From assembly GCA_905331295.1 (NCBI GenBank), contig CAJNYD010000013.1, positions 1-64,000 of the forward strand: a stretch of DNA of 64,000 nucleotides, in the 5' to 3' direction. This document shows, piece by piece, positions 15,850 to 29,217 of this stretch. The position numbers were made by a program, and so were the translations under genes. The DNA comes from Rotaria socialis. Lineage: Eukaryota. Under the pieces are notes generated by a model that searched no databases, was not told the DNA's origin, and was given only the letters and a program-made list of their open reading frames with translations. Within the stretch, counting starts at the first letter, position 1. Each line of letters starts with the position of its first letter.

Positions 15850-18493
15850 ATGACAACAACAAAAATCGTAAATGAAAGATAATTTCATTCTATTAATAGA
15901 ATAATACTCAAAAGGTTTTTACTAATTCAACAATTTCCTCTGTCAATCCAAATACGAAATCTGATGTTAATAATAATATCTCAGCATCGATAAATAGTGA
16001 TGATAATTCTCAATCATCAACACCTATTTCTTGGAATTTATTTTCATCAATTAAAAATCAACAAGATAAAACTCTTCTCAATAAACGCAATTTAATGTTA
16101 AAAGAACAAAATCTATCTGATTGCATTGATTGGACCAACAATCATCAATTGAATACATCGTCTATAGAACCCATAACAATTAATAATCAATTGAATGCAA
16201 TAAATTTTCTTCAAGAACATTTAGAAAATGGTAATAGCAATGTTCTAATTGATCTACTTCACGAAATAGCACACGAAATAAATATTGATCAAAATAAAAA
16301 TCAATATTCATATTCAGCTATAAACAATAATTATCATCATTTGACACCGATGTTTAATTCAAATCTTCAATTATCAAATAATAAAGAAAAAAAGAATAAG
16401 TGAAATGATGAAATTTAAATAAAGTAAAATCTATCTATATGTTAATGTTCTATAGAAAAGAAAAGTCTTCTAATAAAGAGAAAAAAAATTCTGATGAAAA
16501 TAAAGGTAATTACATATATTCAATAGAAAACAAAAGTTTGATTTTATTCTAGAAGAAATGAGGAAACATCGGATTCGCATCCGATTGTTATGTGTACTGC
16601 AAAAACTGAGTCGATTTATATATATATTGTGAATAATTCTAAGAAAAAATGTTTTTTTTTGAAAAAATCCCTGTACCCCTCCTCAGGGATGGTCCGATCA
16701 ATAATGACAATTTTTTCGATAACTCAGCCATTTCTCGACGAATCCTTCTCATCTTTGAACTCGACTGAGATATTGATGAGGTCATTATCTGTACAAAATT
16801 TCATGACAATTGAATGAGGTTTTCAAAGGTTATCGTCTTAACGGCCGGACGGACACACTGACCGAATCTGGAGTGTACTCACGTTTTTTGAGTACACAAA
16901 AAAAGGGCTATGGTAATCAATAACAAATGTATTCTCAGGAAATAGTTTTAATAATAGTTTTTGTTTAAGATAATGAAATAAAAAATAAAAACGAGAAAAA
17001 ACAGAAAGAAAGAGAAGTTGAAGATACAACAACCACAACAACAACTGATCCAGATACTATTACAGATTCACCAGTTTTAATGACTCCAAGACGTCTAAAT
17101 TTCAATAATCCAAAATCTCCATCTTATTCGCCTGCAGAAACTTTTGAATTTCAAACTCTTTCTGTACCAGTACCACAGTCTGGTTTATCGCCAAGCAACG
17201 ATTTTATCTCACCTGATGCATCTCCTTTTCATATTTCACAACAATCCAATGGCAAGTACCAGTATTGAATAGATCGAGCGATTAATTCAATTTTGCATCT
17301 TCTGTTGATTTATTATAGTGGCGCAGCTGTCGCAAGTTCAACATCAGCTACAGTCGAATCCTCGAAATTCATTTGAAAACAAAACAACACAACTACATAA
17401 TACATCTGTACAACAACAATTACAATCACTATCACAAATGGTTAATTTTACGTTTAGATAAATAGTATTTTGAAGAAAAATATTCTAGGCACATGATGGT
17501 GATGAAATTTTGATAACGTTAACTGTAAATGCATTAAGTCAAAAACAGCACATGAATAATAATAGTAATCAATATCAATCGACTATTCAAAATAATAAAC
17601 CGTTTGTTTCTGATGCTTTCCGAAAGAAACTATTCGATGTGATAGTACTTGTTGTTTTCAGGTACTCTCCTTCACAATCGTACCATAAAATGCCGTCTTC
17701 ATCAACAGGAATTATAATGCCTCGTAATCTTGAAATAGTTGCAAAAGGTTAAAATTTTATCCTGTTCTGACACACTTTACCTTTGCATTTAATTCTAAAC
17801 AATTGATAAGAAGGAGAGAAAAGGCTTTTTTGCATATATTAGGTTTTGCACGCGTACAAAATGAGCATCCACAACCTCCACCATCGAATATCTATTTACA
17901 ACCACCCATAATAAGTCAATATAGTCAATCACCTCAAAAATTTGTTCCCGCTCCTCCTCCTTTTGCTGCACCTCACTATTCAATACCATGCCATACAAAT
18001 CATGGTCCTCCACAGGCACCTATTGGACCACCTATTCAACGTACGTCTCTATTCGTCTATGTTGAGGAAAAATAAATACCGGTGAGAATTTTTAGCTATG
18101 TTTGCTCCACCTAATATGATGATGTCTGGCGGATTTGTTCGGCCAACAAATTATACTGATGCTACACCTAATACGCGAAATGATACTGGTGTTTGTAAGC
18201 ATGTATTGTATTAATTTCTAATTTTTTATAGCGTTTATTTAGTTCATAATCGATCTCCTACGAACAATGGCAAATGTAATTATTTATGTCAATCATCATT
18301 GAATCAACCAGATTTTCGTGGACGACCACTTCCTGGCCTAACGAGCAATCCATACTTTTCAAATTCACCACAACCACAGCCAATGAATTTCTCTTCTAAA
18401 CGACCATCGAAACATCGAACAAAACATAGATCTAATCGAATCCGTACTAGAAATTCTGAAAGTATGAATCGAACTTATTCATCGATTTATTAA
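15850..18493 (+). CDS. Uncharacterised low-complexity (Asn/Ser/Gln/Pro-rich) multi-exon protein
   Basis: Exons can be chained in frame through short introns from about 16969 to the stop at 18493. The 5' exons (ATG 15850, 15915-16399 and following) are plausible but less certain. No recognisable domain. Confidence 0.6.
16641..16904 (-). mobile_element. DINE-1/HINE-like non-autonomous Helentron element in an intron
   Basis: On the minus strand: T-run, palindrome GTGTACTCA..TGAGTACAC (16873-16897), GTGTGTCCGTCCGGCCG microsatellite remnant, ATGAAATTTTGTACA core and a distal stem-loop TCCCTG..CAGGGA (16668-16689). No TSD. Confidence 0.7.
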
Positions 18494-18676
18494 TTGTTTT
18501 CATTTATAAACTAATCGTTGATTCTTTTTCTTTTTTCTTTATTTATTTGTCATGTACACATTGACGCCGGGTGTCATCGGATACATAGATAAGAGAAAAC
18601 AAAACAAAAAACGAAGAGATATAATAACAAATAAACAAAAAATACAGCTAGAATTAAATATGCATAGAGTATAAAG

Positions 18677-19670
18677 TTATGATTTTTCTTTCAAATTTTC
18701 CCATGTTGTTGCACCTAATGCTTTTGCAAAATGATCATCAACATCGGGTGCGGCTATTGATGAATTTCTATCGTCATTTGATGATGTTGTTAAGGGCCAA
18801 AACTTGCCAAGTGATCGAGCAAAGTGTTCTTCAATTGAATCAACTGTAAAGAAAAATGTAAATAAAACACACATAAGTTTTGCTTTGTTTTTTGCTTATT
18901 CAAAAGTCGAACCTGGACTTCGTTCTCTCGGTGAACTATTGGATGATGAATTATCTGGTGTCAAAAATCCAGCGGTTAATTTATCATAATTATCACCGAG
19001 AGATTTTCGAAAATGTTCATCAATGGTTAAATGTGTTGCATTTTGTTTATCTATGAATTGAAAATACTTTCTTTATTAAACAAAACAGAACATTCTCTAC
19101 AAATACCTTCAGCTAATTGATAGCCATATTGCGAATTTTGATATTGTTGTTCAACTAATGCTCGATAATTGTCAAGAAATTGTTGTGCAAGAACCTTTTG
19201 TGCCATGACACATTCATAAGATGCTGATGATGGAAATCGATTATCATGTTGATTATTTGCGATATTAGCAATTAGATATGCATAATGTTGTCTTAATAGC
19301 TCGAGTTGAGGAGATGATGGCGGCGTTGATGTAACAACTGAAGGAAGATGAAGTTGAAGATCTTCTTGCGGGTGTGTTCTGAAATATGGGGAAAAAAACC
19401 AATGAGCAATTTTCTTTGTCTATGTCAATAAACTCCAGAAAAAATAATTTTCTATGATTCAGAAGCAAATATTGAAACAAAACTATTCACTTACTGTTTG
19501 GTTGTTGTTGATCTATGAGTTTGATAATTTTCCTGTTGACGATTGTTTGAATTTTCAACGTCGATCGTTGGCGTATCGATAATATAAGCTCGGCGTTTTT
19601 TCAATGGTAAATTTTTTGGTATCTGATTTTGATTGCACATTGAACTGTTGTTATTGTTATTTCCGTTCAT
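18677..19670 (-). CDS. VGLL4: Tondu (TDU)-domain TEAD cofactor, VGLL4/Tgi-like
   Basis: Three TDU motifs: TIDEHFRKSLGDNY, SIEEHFARSLGKFW, DVDDHFAKALGATTW. ATG at 19670 follows an acceptor near 19690. A probable non-coding first exon ends at the donor near 20780. Confidence 0.85.
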
Positions 19671-20819
19671 TGTCGAAATATTTCAGATTCTAAACGAAAA
19701 GAAAAAAGACATTTTATAATTTCATACACATCGATGTCTCTGTTTATTTATTAGTGAAAAAGAAAGAAAAACTATATATATATATACAAAGGGACATTGT
19801 GTTAAACAAAATGCTTTGATAGAATCTACATTATTGAAATGGTTTTCATTCTTGGCATAGCTTGATCGAAAAATGAATCGTCACGAATATTTTGCTTTTA
19901 CTGCACTTCTTTTTCTTCTCTCACTAATTCGTTTAGATAAGGAAGAAAAAAGAAATTATTCCGTCTTCGTTATCTGCACGAACTCTGAGAAGAAAAACCC
20001 TAGACTAAACTTCAATATTGTATGAAAAACTAAACTAAAATGATCTCACTATGACCATATTTCGTTCTCGTTAAACTTTCTATGTAGATTTCTTCTGGCG
20101 TCGTTTGAGTCCTGATTTCTACTATTGGCCTTTTTCTTCTTACACTCTGCTATTAGCATATGCGTATGTTTTAGACTACAAATGCAAGATAAATAATGTC
20201 ATACCATATGTAACTAAGTAAAAAGAAATCGTAAGCGCCAAATACAATAAACGCCAATAGTGCAAAATAAAAATCCAATATTATGGCGGGTTAATATGCG
20301 TAACAGCAGGTATCCACTCTTAAACTCAATCTTGCAAAAAAAATATTTAAGATGGTAGAAAACGAGAAAGAGAGAAAGAGAAAAAAAACAAAGAAAACAA
20401 TCGATAAGGAAGATCATATTTGTCATTCGATAAACTATGACGATTATATCAAAGAACATGAATTATTAGCAGAAAAAGATATCATAACGAATCATAGATC
20501 TTTTCAAAAGACTGACGCACAAATGATTATGAAGTACAAATGACATACAACGCAATTTTTTATACGATGACAGAATAGGAAATTTTATTTTTATTCTTTG
20601 AGTTCTAAAAATACATTAACTACTATTTACTTTCTGGCGAAACATTATTTGCATCAGTTCATGGTAACTGACGAGTTATTTTAAGACTTTTTTTTCTATT
20701 ATAGAGCAAAATAAATAAAGTTCGAAAATTTTGCACTTTCGAAACTACAAGAAAAATACATGCATAAACACAAAATCTTACCGTTAGTTTTTTGTTGTTG
20801 CTCGTCTCCGATTGTGGGT

Positions 20820-20846
20820 TAAACTAATAGACAGTCTCTTTATATA
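20820..20846 (-). promoter_or_regulatory. Putative core promoter (TATA box) of the VGLL4-like gene
   Basis: Minus-strand TATATAAAG at about 20837-20845, just upstream of a short exon ending in G|GTAAGA at about 20781. Confidence 0.4.
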
Positions 20847-21597
20847 CGTCTATGAAAAATCTACAGACACCCAAGCATCGATTTTACGCATTCCATTTGA
20901 GTATTCCGTTTATATGTAATATATTTGTCAAAGAGAAGAAAAATAGCTTCGCTTGCTCTCACTGATTCGATTTGAAGTATGCCTTTCATTAAAATTCCAA
21001 TGTAGATGTGCCAACGATAAATCTTATCAATCGCATGCGTTAATTGCGCTAATAAAAAAAAATAATGAATACTAAATATTACTTATTTTTTTCGGCAATA
21101 CATCAATGAAAAAATTTATTTATTTATTAAAAAGAAAAATTAGCATATGAAACATATGAATATGTTCATTATGAGTAAATAAGTAAGAAAAAGGCATGAC
21201 CGATTGAAGGTATGCTATGTCAAAGAGATAGCAAAATGGAGAAAAAAGAAGAAAAAAAAAGAAAGAATATGTCAAATATGCAACGGTAAAAAAATAAGTC
21301 TCTAATTTGAATTGTTCGGTTATGATCGTCGTGATATTTTGCGTTTATTTTTCGTTTCTTCGTTCGTTCTGTTTTTATGATTTATGAATAAGAATATTAG
21401 AGAACACGTTAAATAGCCGAAACAGTTTATTAACATGTCAAAATATATTGATCAAATGAATAGATTTCTCAGACGAAGCAAACAAACCATAACGTCATAC
21501 AAAAGCATGTTGACTGATTAATTATTGAGTTATGAGGAATGATATCGTAAATATTAATATATAAATATACATAAAGAACGAATAATAAAAATATAAT

Positions 21598-24269
21598 TTA
21601 ACTAATATCAATTGATCTGTAAGTAAAATGAGTAATAAAAATAAAAAATCGGGAATTTAATTTTTTTCAAACCTCAGAGATATTGTTCCCGGTTCACTAT
21701 CGCCTCCCTGTATTAAAATCACAATCAGTAGATTTACATTGCTAAAGAGAATGCAAAATAAAACAAAAGTACGAACCAAATATTTGATAATATCATCGAT
21801 GTATGCCATTGGAATTGGAATTCTTGCTCTTCTTAATCCATCAAGAAATTGTTCATGTGTCACTGTTGATATTGTCGTACGAATGCCTTCAATTGGATTA
21901 AACATGTCAGATAGAGCAACTGCATTTTGTTCACAATACATATGTATTAAATTTAAGAGATAATTTGCAAAATGTTCCGCTGTGTATCTTACAGGTCCAA
22001 TGTAGCACTTTAATTTCCGATGGTTTAAAAATAGTGAATTTATTTTTGATGTTTGCTTTGCATTCATTGATAAACCCTTAGAACAAAAAACAAAAAAACA
22101 ATAACAACTGAATTATTTTAAACAAGTCATAATAATCGAAGTCGTATAAAAACCTACGGTTAGGTCAAGTTCTTCGAGTGAAATATTAGTCAATTCTGAT
22201 AATGCTTCTAACATAATAATTAAACAACGTGTATCGATATGATTTTGTCCGCACTAAAAAAAAAAATAGTCGAAATATTGAAAATTTTCTTTTCCATTTA
22301 CTTCAAATGTCTTTAATGATTGATTGGTTGCAGCAGCTACCATCATTTTATAAATTTGAGATTCTTTCCCGGTGGTTAAATCAGATGGATTTTCTTTAAA
22401 CTTCATGTCATATCTACATATGAATTGATTTCCATGCAGATTTAAATCGTATAATGTCATATTGCGTGATAAAGATTGTGTTATAAGTTCAATCGTATCA
22501 TTGGTAAAACTATTCGATGATAAATTGAGTGATACTAGTTTATTATTATCACCAATAGCTTTAGCTAAAGCTTTAGCACCCAGTAAACGAATACTGCACC
22601 AGCTAATGTCAAGATTAAGTAAAACATGATTATCAACTAAAAATTAAAAAAAAAGTCATGATTTCTTTATTTTTTTGTCCCGTAAATATTTACCGAGCCA
22701 TTGAGCTAAATATTTTCCACCTTCTTCATCTAATTGGTTATGACTTAAATTGAGATTTTTCATGTTTGGATGATCCTATGTGTTATAATGTTTTATAGTG
22801 TTATTTATTATGAAAATTAATTTACCTCTAATTTCGAAAGCAAAATTTTAATATCAGTTGCATTTAAATTATTTCCTACATCAAATAATAATGTTAAAAT
22901 AACAAACTAATAGTTTAATATGACATACCAGCTACACTTAAAGTTTTCGTATGAAGATTTTGGGTGAGACCATCTGCTAGCTTATGAATACCTTTTGTAC
23001 CGAGATTGTTAAATGAAAGATCCTAGAAAAAGAATACGATCTGTTACTTAAGAAACGTACTTTTACATTCAATAAATGTAAATTATGAGATAAAACGTTT
23101 CTGATGTTAACAAAATGGAATATCTTTAGTCATAGTATGAATGTTGTTTTTTTCTTTCAAACTACCCAGTATGTAACTTCATTTTTTAACGTGTACTTAT
23201 AATAAGCAAAATTTTAAACATAGAAACAAACAATGTATTTAAATCGAATACGTACATAATCCTCAATACTTATGTTTTCCGTAAGAATTTGATAGACATA
23301 TGACATACCAAGGCTACCAATATTGTTGGCTGATAAATTAAGGGATACAACAACAGTATTACGCTGAAATTAGATATTTGAAGAGTGAGAAAAAATAAAT
23401 ATATTCCAAGAGAAAGCTTACAACAAGACTAGCCGCTAATGCTGAGCATCCTCGTGGGCCTAGACCATAGCTACCTAAATTTATTTCCGTTGTATTTAAA
23501 GATCGAGCAATCATAGAACAAGGGCAAATATTTAAACGTGCGCACGTTTCTTCATATATTTGTACACATGGTTTATCACTTCCAAGCATTGTTTCTATGA
23601 GAACCATTAGAAAATGTCGATATATTGGTAATTTATTCTTCAAAAATTGTTTAGTTACCTTTTTCGAATTCTTCGGTAAACCCGTCAACCCATTCTTCAC
23701 TGTCCAATTCAGCTGATCCTATGGGTGACGCTCTTTTTGTACTTCGAGCACTTGAATTTCGATCTTTCACATTGAATTCTGATGATTCTGTTACGAGAGC
23801 AATCTCAAATGATGTCTTATGGTCCGAAGGTCGTGGTGCCTGTGATGTAACTTGTGATAAGCGTGTATAAGGATTTTCAATAATAACATATTTTCTCGAC
23901 TCAATTATTGATTCAATAGCTGGATCACGTTTCACTAGCACACTGCCAAAACTATAAAATGGATTTTGTTTTGCTCGACTTCGTTTACCATCGCTGAGTG
24001 CTGATGAAAGTAACGATTTTGCAGTTGGCGACCGAACCAATTCACTTACAAGTGTCTGATCAGCAGCGTCTTTATGATCACTATCAGCTCCAACCGATAC
24101 TTCTTGTAACTCCTCGATGTCGCCATCATCAAAATCGGGATCATCATCTAAATCCGATCTTGGATCTTCTGTGATCTCATTTAAAACCTAGGAATATTTT
24201 TTAAAATAAAACAATTCAAAAGATTAAACTTCAATCTTTTTCTTCTTCTTCTACCTCAGATGAGAACAT
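21598..24269 (-). CDS. LRRC74: RNI-like leucine-rich repeat protein, LRRC74A/B-like, multi-exon
   Basis: YEETCARLNICPCSMIARSLNTTEINLGSYGLGPRGCSALAASLV, followed by LNLSANNIG, LNLSHNQLDEEGGKYLAQWL, LDISWCSIRLLGAKALAKAIGDNNKLVSLNLSSNSF repeats and an EF-hand-like C-terminus. First exon MFSSE at 24269. The last exon is uncertain (stop 21598 or 21657). Confidence 0.78.
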
Positions 24270-24686
24270 GGTAAGAAACTTTTTCTTTTTCTATTCATAT
24301 TTCAATTTCTTTAAATTATTCGAAACAACATGAACAGAGTTTGTCTATAATGCATCCATAGTAATTCTTATTATTGTTAGTTTTTATTTGCTTGAGGTCG
24401 AATGAAAGAAATACCAGCAAAAGAAATGCAACAATCTTCGTCATAAATTCTTTTTCTTTCTCGATCATTTCTACAAGAAAGTTAACCAAAAAGTATTTGA
24501 AGAATTTTTTCACGATCTTATAAAGAAAAAAATCTTTTGATCGACAACCTCATCTCTAACCTAACTATGCCCTCCTATTACTTGTGCATAATCTTGAGAC
24601 AGAAAATATGAGAATTGATTTCTTTTTTCATTTTATTAAAAAAACAAAACAACTGCTTAAAAGAAAAAACTAAAATAACAAATGAA

Positions 24687-25082
24687 TCAATGAAGTTTTC
24701 GTATAGTTGCTTGTGCAGATCGACCCGTCACTATTGGTTCTGGAATAATACACAATCGATTTTCTTGTTTCAATGTAGAAGAAGTGACAATCGTTGGATG
24801 AAGTCGACGAAGACTTGAATAAATTTCTTGCTGAAATGAATACAATTGTTCAGGTTGATCATTGAGACGAACAGATTTATGATGATATAAACGTAAAAGT
24901 AATTGTGTTGATGAATCTGTTGAATCTTTTAGACGATCAATAAAGTCAAGTAATGTTTGTTCAATATTAACATTATATGTCATATTACATTGAAGTGATC
25001 CTAGGCAGCGACGTCGAAGAGGTGTCGAAGGCCGACTGGTATTATTTGACATAGTGTTACTAGAAACGATGAGTGTTGACAT
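24687..25082 (-). CDS. Orphan intronless protein, 131 aa
   Basis: Open frame from ATG 25082, with TATAAATA (25128-25135) and TCAGTT (25104-25109) upstream and AATAAA (24632-24637) downstream. Confidence 0.65.
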   Translation of the reverse strand: MSTLIVSSNTMSNNTSRPSTPLRRRCLGSLQCNMTYNVNIEQTLLDFIDRLKDSTDSSTQLLLRLYHHKSVRLNDQPEQLYSFQQEIYSSLRRLHPTIVTSSTLKQENRLCIIPEPIVTGRSAQATIRKLH

Positions 25083-25103
25083 GATCAATAAATTTTTCAT
25101 AAT

Positions 25104-25135
25104 AACTGACTGCACTAACAGACGCAGTATTTATA
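25104..25135 (-). promoter_or_regulatory. TATA box plus initiator-like element
   Basis: TATAAATA begins 28 nt upstream of the A of TCAGTT, close to canonical TATA-Inr spacing. Confidence 0.55.
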
Positions 25136-26266
25136 TTGTTTCGCATTCATTGATATCAAGTATAATTGATGCAGTATTGATTCTAATTGATGTGACTATT
25201 TCTTAATTGATCTAATGAAATTGATAGAGAAACTCACATTTGATACGACAGTGATTGATACATATGGAAGAAAAAGCCATTACGGCTAAATGTATGCGTA
25301 TCGTGTCCTCTTCCATTTTTTTTATATGATAATTTCTTTCAAAAAATTATAAAGTTGATTAATCAAGTAGATCCTCTCAAATGAATGTATCTATCTATGT
25401 ATGTTTGATAAAAGCTTCTGAGAGAGTTTTCTCTTTTAGGCTCTTGATTTAATAGAACACATGTTGATTTATTTCAATGCATTAAAATCGATTATAGAAA
25501 ACATTGTGATCATGTTGACGAATAAATAATTCGATTTACGATTATTCTGCATATTACTTCCATTCTAATATTTTATGGCTTCGCTAGAAATCCGAGAAGA
25601 AAATATATTCTCATTTTTTCCCTTCCTCTCATTTGCTTTTGATGTATGAAAGAAAGGAATAGATCTGTTGTAATGAGTGGTTGGATGATAATCATCATTT
25701 TGAACTTGCTGGTAGCAAAGTAACTACATTCATAGTGATTTTCTCCGGAAGATAATATAAGAGCTAGAAAAAGATAAGAAAAATTTGACAAATATATCAA
25801 GTTCATTATTAAGCACAGCGACGAAATAGATAGGAGAAAAAAAGAAGAAATACGAGAAAATAATGTCTGAGAGTATCAACGAATTGGCTACAAAATTCTT
25901 CCGGTATAATTTTTCTTCTCTTGCTATCCCTCTGACTCTCTCACTTTCTCTATCTCTGTCACTGTGCCATTACACTTACGACTTGCCTATAGCCTTGTGT
26001 CAATCTATACGATGATGGCACTTGTCGGAGAAACCTCGTGTGACACGAGACATGCGTAAATATAGATATACGAATAGCTGATGGAAAAACCCCTTGATAG
26101 CAGGTGACGACAAGATACTGTATTCAAGAAAGTACTAGCAAGGGAATACATAAGGTGTTTAATATTCGTCGAGAAGTACAATAGACTGCCTTTTAACATA
26201 TTACGAAAGATAGCAATAGACTTCCTACTTGTGCCACAGTGTTTCGTACATATTATCTAGATTGGT

Positions 26267-29217
26267 ATGGTTGATGTATCAATGGTAGATACAGAAGCTG
26301 GCAGCGGATTTAATTATGCAGCGCAATACGGTGTACGACGTGGATCAGAGCGAACTGATGTTTATCGAACACAATTTGGATCGTTAAGCGCTGATGAATA
26401 TCTTACGCCAATGATACAAACGAACCAACGAACTGATGGTAATGTTGCTCGACGCCTATCAAGAAATTCATTTCTTATTCCACGACAAAATTTAGTACGT
26501 CGACATACTGATGGTATGTTGTTTTTCTTTTTGTTTTTATATTGAACGTTTAATCGAAGAAGGTTTCTTAATGAATTTTGTTTTATCAAAGAAAATAGAA
26601 AAAAGGGTGATAATTTGTTGATAGTTTACGTAAAAGTTAACGATGTGATGCAATTAATCTTCTTTTGATAACATATAAACATTCTCTCAACATGTATATA
26701 TATATATATAAATTGATATTGATGATTTCCGATCATGTTTATTATGTACGAATGGTTTAAGCAATTTCATGCGCTACTGCATGTGTCATAATAGCAAAGT
26801 AATAATAGATCTTAGATAAAAAGAGAGAGAGAAAGAAAGAAAGAAAGAAAGAAAGAAAAAAACATCAGGAGTTATCATTTATATAAAATAATTTTTGCTT
26901 CTAGCTCTTTCTATCATGTTTGCTGATAGCTTCGTCTTTACCTTAATTACCACATGATAAAGAAGAAACAATCTAATAATTAGGACACGCTAGTAAAAGC
27001 TATATCCATTTGAGAGTGACATTTGCTGAAACGATGCCTGGCGAACTTTCTTTCTCTCTCTCTCTCTCTACGTATATGTAGATATTTATGTAGTTGAGCA
27101 CGCTAAGCAGGATCTATAGATGGAAAAAGAGTGTATTGTATATCTGCTTGTCTGTCCCATTCCCTGAGAGAGAAAATGTGCACGTTTCGCCAATTATAGT
27201 AGAAAATCATTAGCATCGTAAGAGCGTGTATACGACATTTTTCGCTTATTTTTGATGTCGAACGAAGAACAAATGGATCAATAAGAAAGTCAAAGAGAGA
27301 AGAAGAAAAAGAAGAAGAAGAAGAAGAACAAGAACAAGAAGAACAAGAAATAAAACCTATTCATCATAATCATGAGCCATCGTAACGAAGAACGTGATGA
27401 TTATCGTAATTCATCACGTCATAATCGACAAGATATTCAATCTAAAACAACTCAACGAACACAACCTTTACCGTCATCGATATCAAATATGGATCGACAT
27501 TTTTCAGCAGGCGGTCATTCTCGTTCAGACGGATATGGTAATTTTTTGTTCTTGAAATACCTTTTTATGAATTTATTCATTGAATTGTGTATAAAAAGTC
27601 TATATCATATATAGATGTAGATATAAGTTAATAATAAATCGATCGTTGCTCATTTTCTGCTTGAATTAGTTTTTATTAGCTTAAATGGAAAATAAATTAT
27701 ACATAGTTGATATATCTATTATAAATAAGAGAGAAACTGATAGAGCAGAAATTTATGTTGATGAGTAATACACGACATACAAAATATATATTTTATTTAT
27801 GTTTAGATCTCAAAGATAGTCGTGAAGAATCAGGCTATATTTTTTGTTTTCTTATCATATTGAGTTATATACTTGTCGTCATTACATTTCCATTGTCATT
27901 GTGTTTTTGTTTAAAAGTATGTATAGTTAATATTATTGATCAATAACGACAGTACAAAATGATTTATACGTTTCTTCTATCTATCTATTCAAGGTTGTAC
28001 AAGAATATGAACGAGCTGTTATTTTTCGGCTAGGTCGAATCTTAGCTAATGGAGCACGTGGTAAGTAACTTCTAAAAATAAATATATACGTACATATAAA
28101 CTCGAAGATGATAATTAACAACAGAATGAAGTTGCCATTATAAAGATCCATAATCATAGGTCTCAATTGAGGTCTAAAACGACAATACAGATGGTTAAAT
28201 ATGTGATTTTTTTCGAAAATTCTAATGCTAATATTTTTGTTTTCTTGAAATGATCTTTCATAGAAATGTATGATCGTAACGGTGTATTTCTATAATCAGC
28301 GGTGTAGCAGAAAACAGATGGCCTCTTTAAATCGAGCTGACAACATATATATCCATGTGATAACAAAGACCTAACCGCTTGAAACTAATATCAACAGAGA
28401 TGATTGCAATATCGATTTAACACTTCTATTTTCATGAGCTTAAATATTTTTGTTTTTCTTCTGTTCAGGACCTGGCTTGTTTTTTATCTTGCCATGCATT
28501 GATACGTACAGCAAAGTTGACCTTCGAACAGTGACTTTTGATGTTCCACCACAAGAAATTTTAACACGAGATAGCGTTACCGTTGCTGTTGATGCTGTTG
28601 TTTATTTTCGAATATTTAATGCTGTTATTTCAATCACCAATGTTGAAGATGCAGCTAAATCAACAAAACTTCTGGCAGCAACAACCCTCCGAAATGTAAT
28701 AAAATCGATTTAATTCTTTGATGTGTGTGTATGATCAGAAGGGTTTTTTTACACTAGGTTTTGGGTACTAAAACGCTTCACGAAATTCTTGCTGAACGTG
28801 ATAAAATCGATACACTCATTCAGGTTGACAATCATTTTTATACGCATAATTATTATTATTATTTGAAGGAAAATATATTTTTTTCTAATGTAGACTAGTC
28901 TTGACGAAGCTACTGATCCATGGGGTGTTAAAGTTGAACGTGTCGAAGTAAAAGATGTACGTTTACCTGTCGCATTACAAAAAGCTATGGCAGCTGAAGC
29001 TGAAGCGTCACGAGATGCGCGTGCAAAAATCATTGCGGCTGAAGGCGAAATGAAAGCAAGTCGAGGTTTAAAAGACGCTGCCGATATTCTCAACGAATCA
29101 CCTATTGCTTTACAATTAAGACTTTTACAAACTTTAACACAGATTGCTGCCGAACGTAATTCAACAATCGTCTTTCCTATTCCTGTCGAAATTTTACAGG
29201 CTCTATCACGAAAGTAA
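26267..29217 (+). CDS. STOM: Stomatin/MEC-2-like SPFH (band 7) membrane protein with two alternative first exons
   Basis: ILSYILVVITFPLSLCFCLK|VVQEYERAVIFRLGR; GPGLFFILPCIDTYSKVDLRTVTFDVPPQEILTRDSVTVAVDAVVYFRI; TDPWGVKVERVEVKDVRLP; MAAEAEASRDARAKIIAAEGE; ALQLRLLQTL..NSTIVFPIPVE. Confidence 0.95.
26822..27349. repeat. Cluster of purine/pyrimidine microsatellites: (GA)/(GAAA)n about 26822-26856, (CT)n about 27053-27069, (GAA)-rich about 27300-27349
   Basis: Read directly. They lie between the two alternative first exons of the stomatin gene. Confidence 0.8.

Noticed and set aside
18677..19040. Three TDU motifs instead of the two in vertebrate VGLL4
   Set aside because: Drosophila Tgi also has three, so this is not novel.
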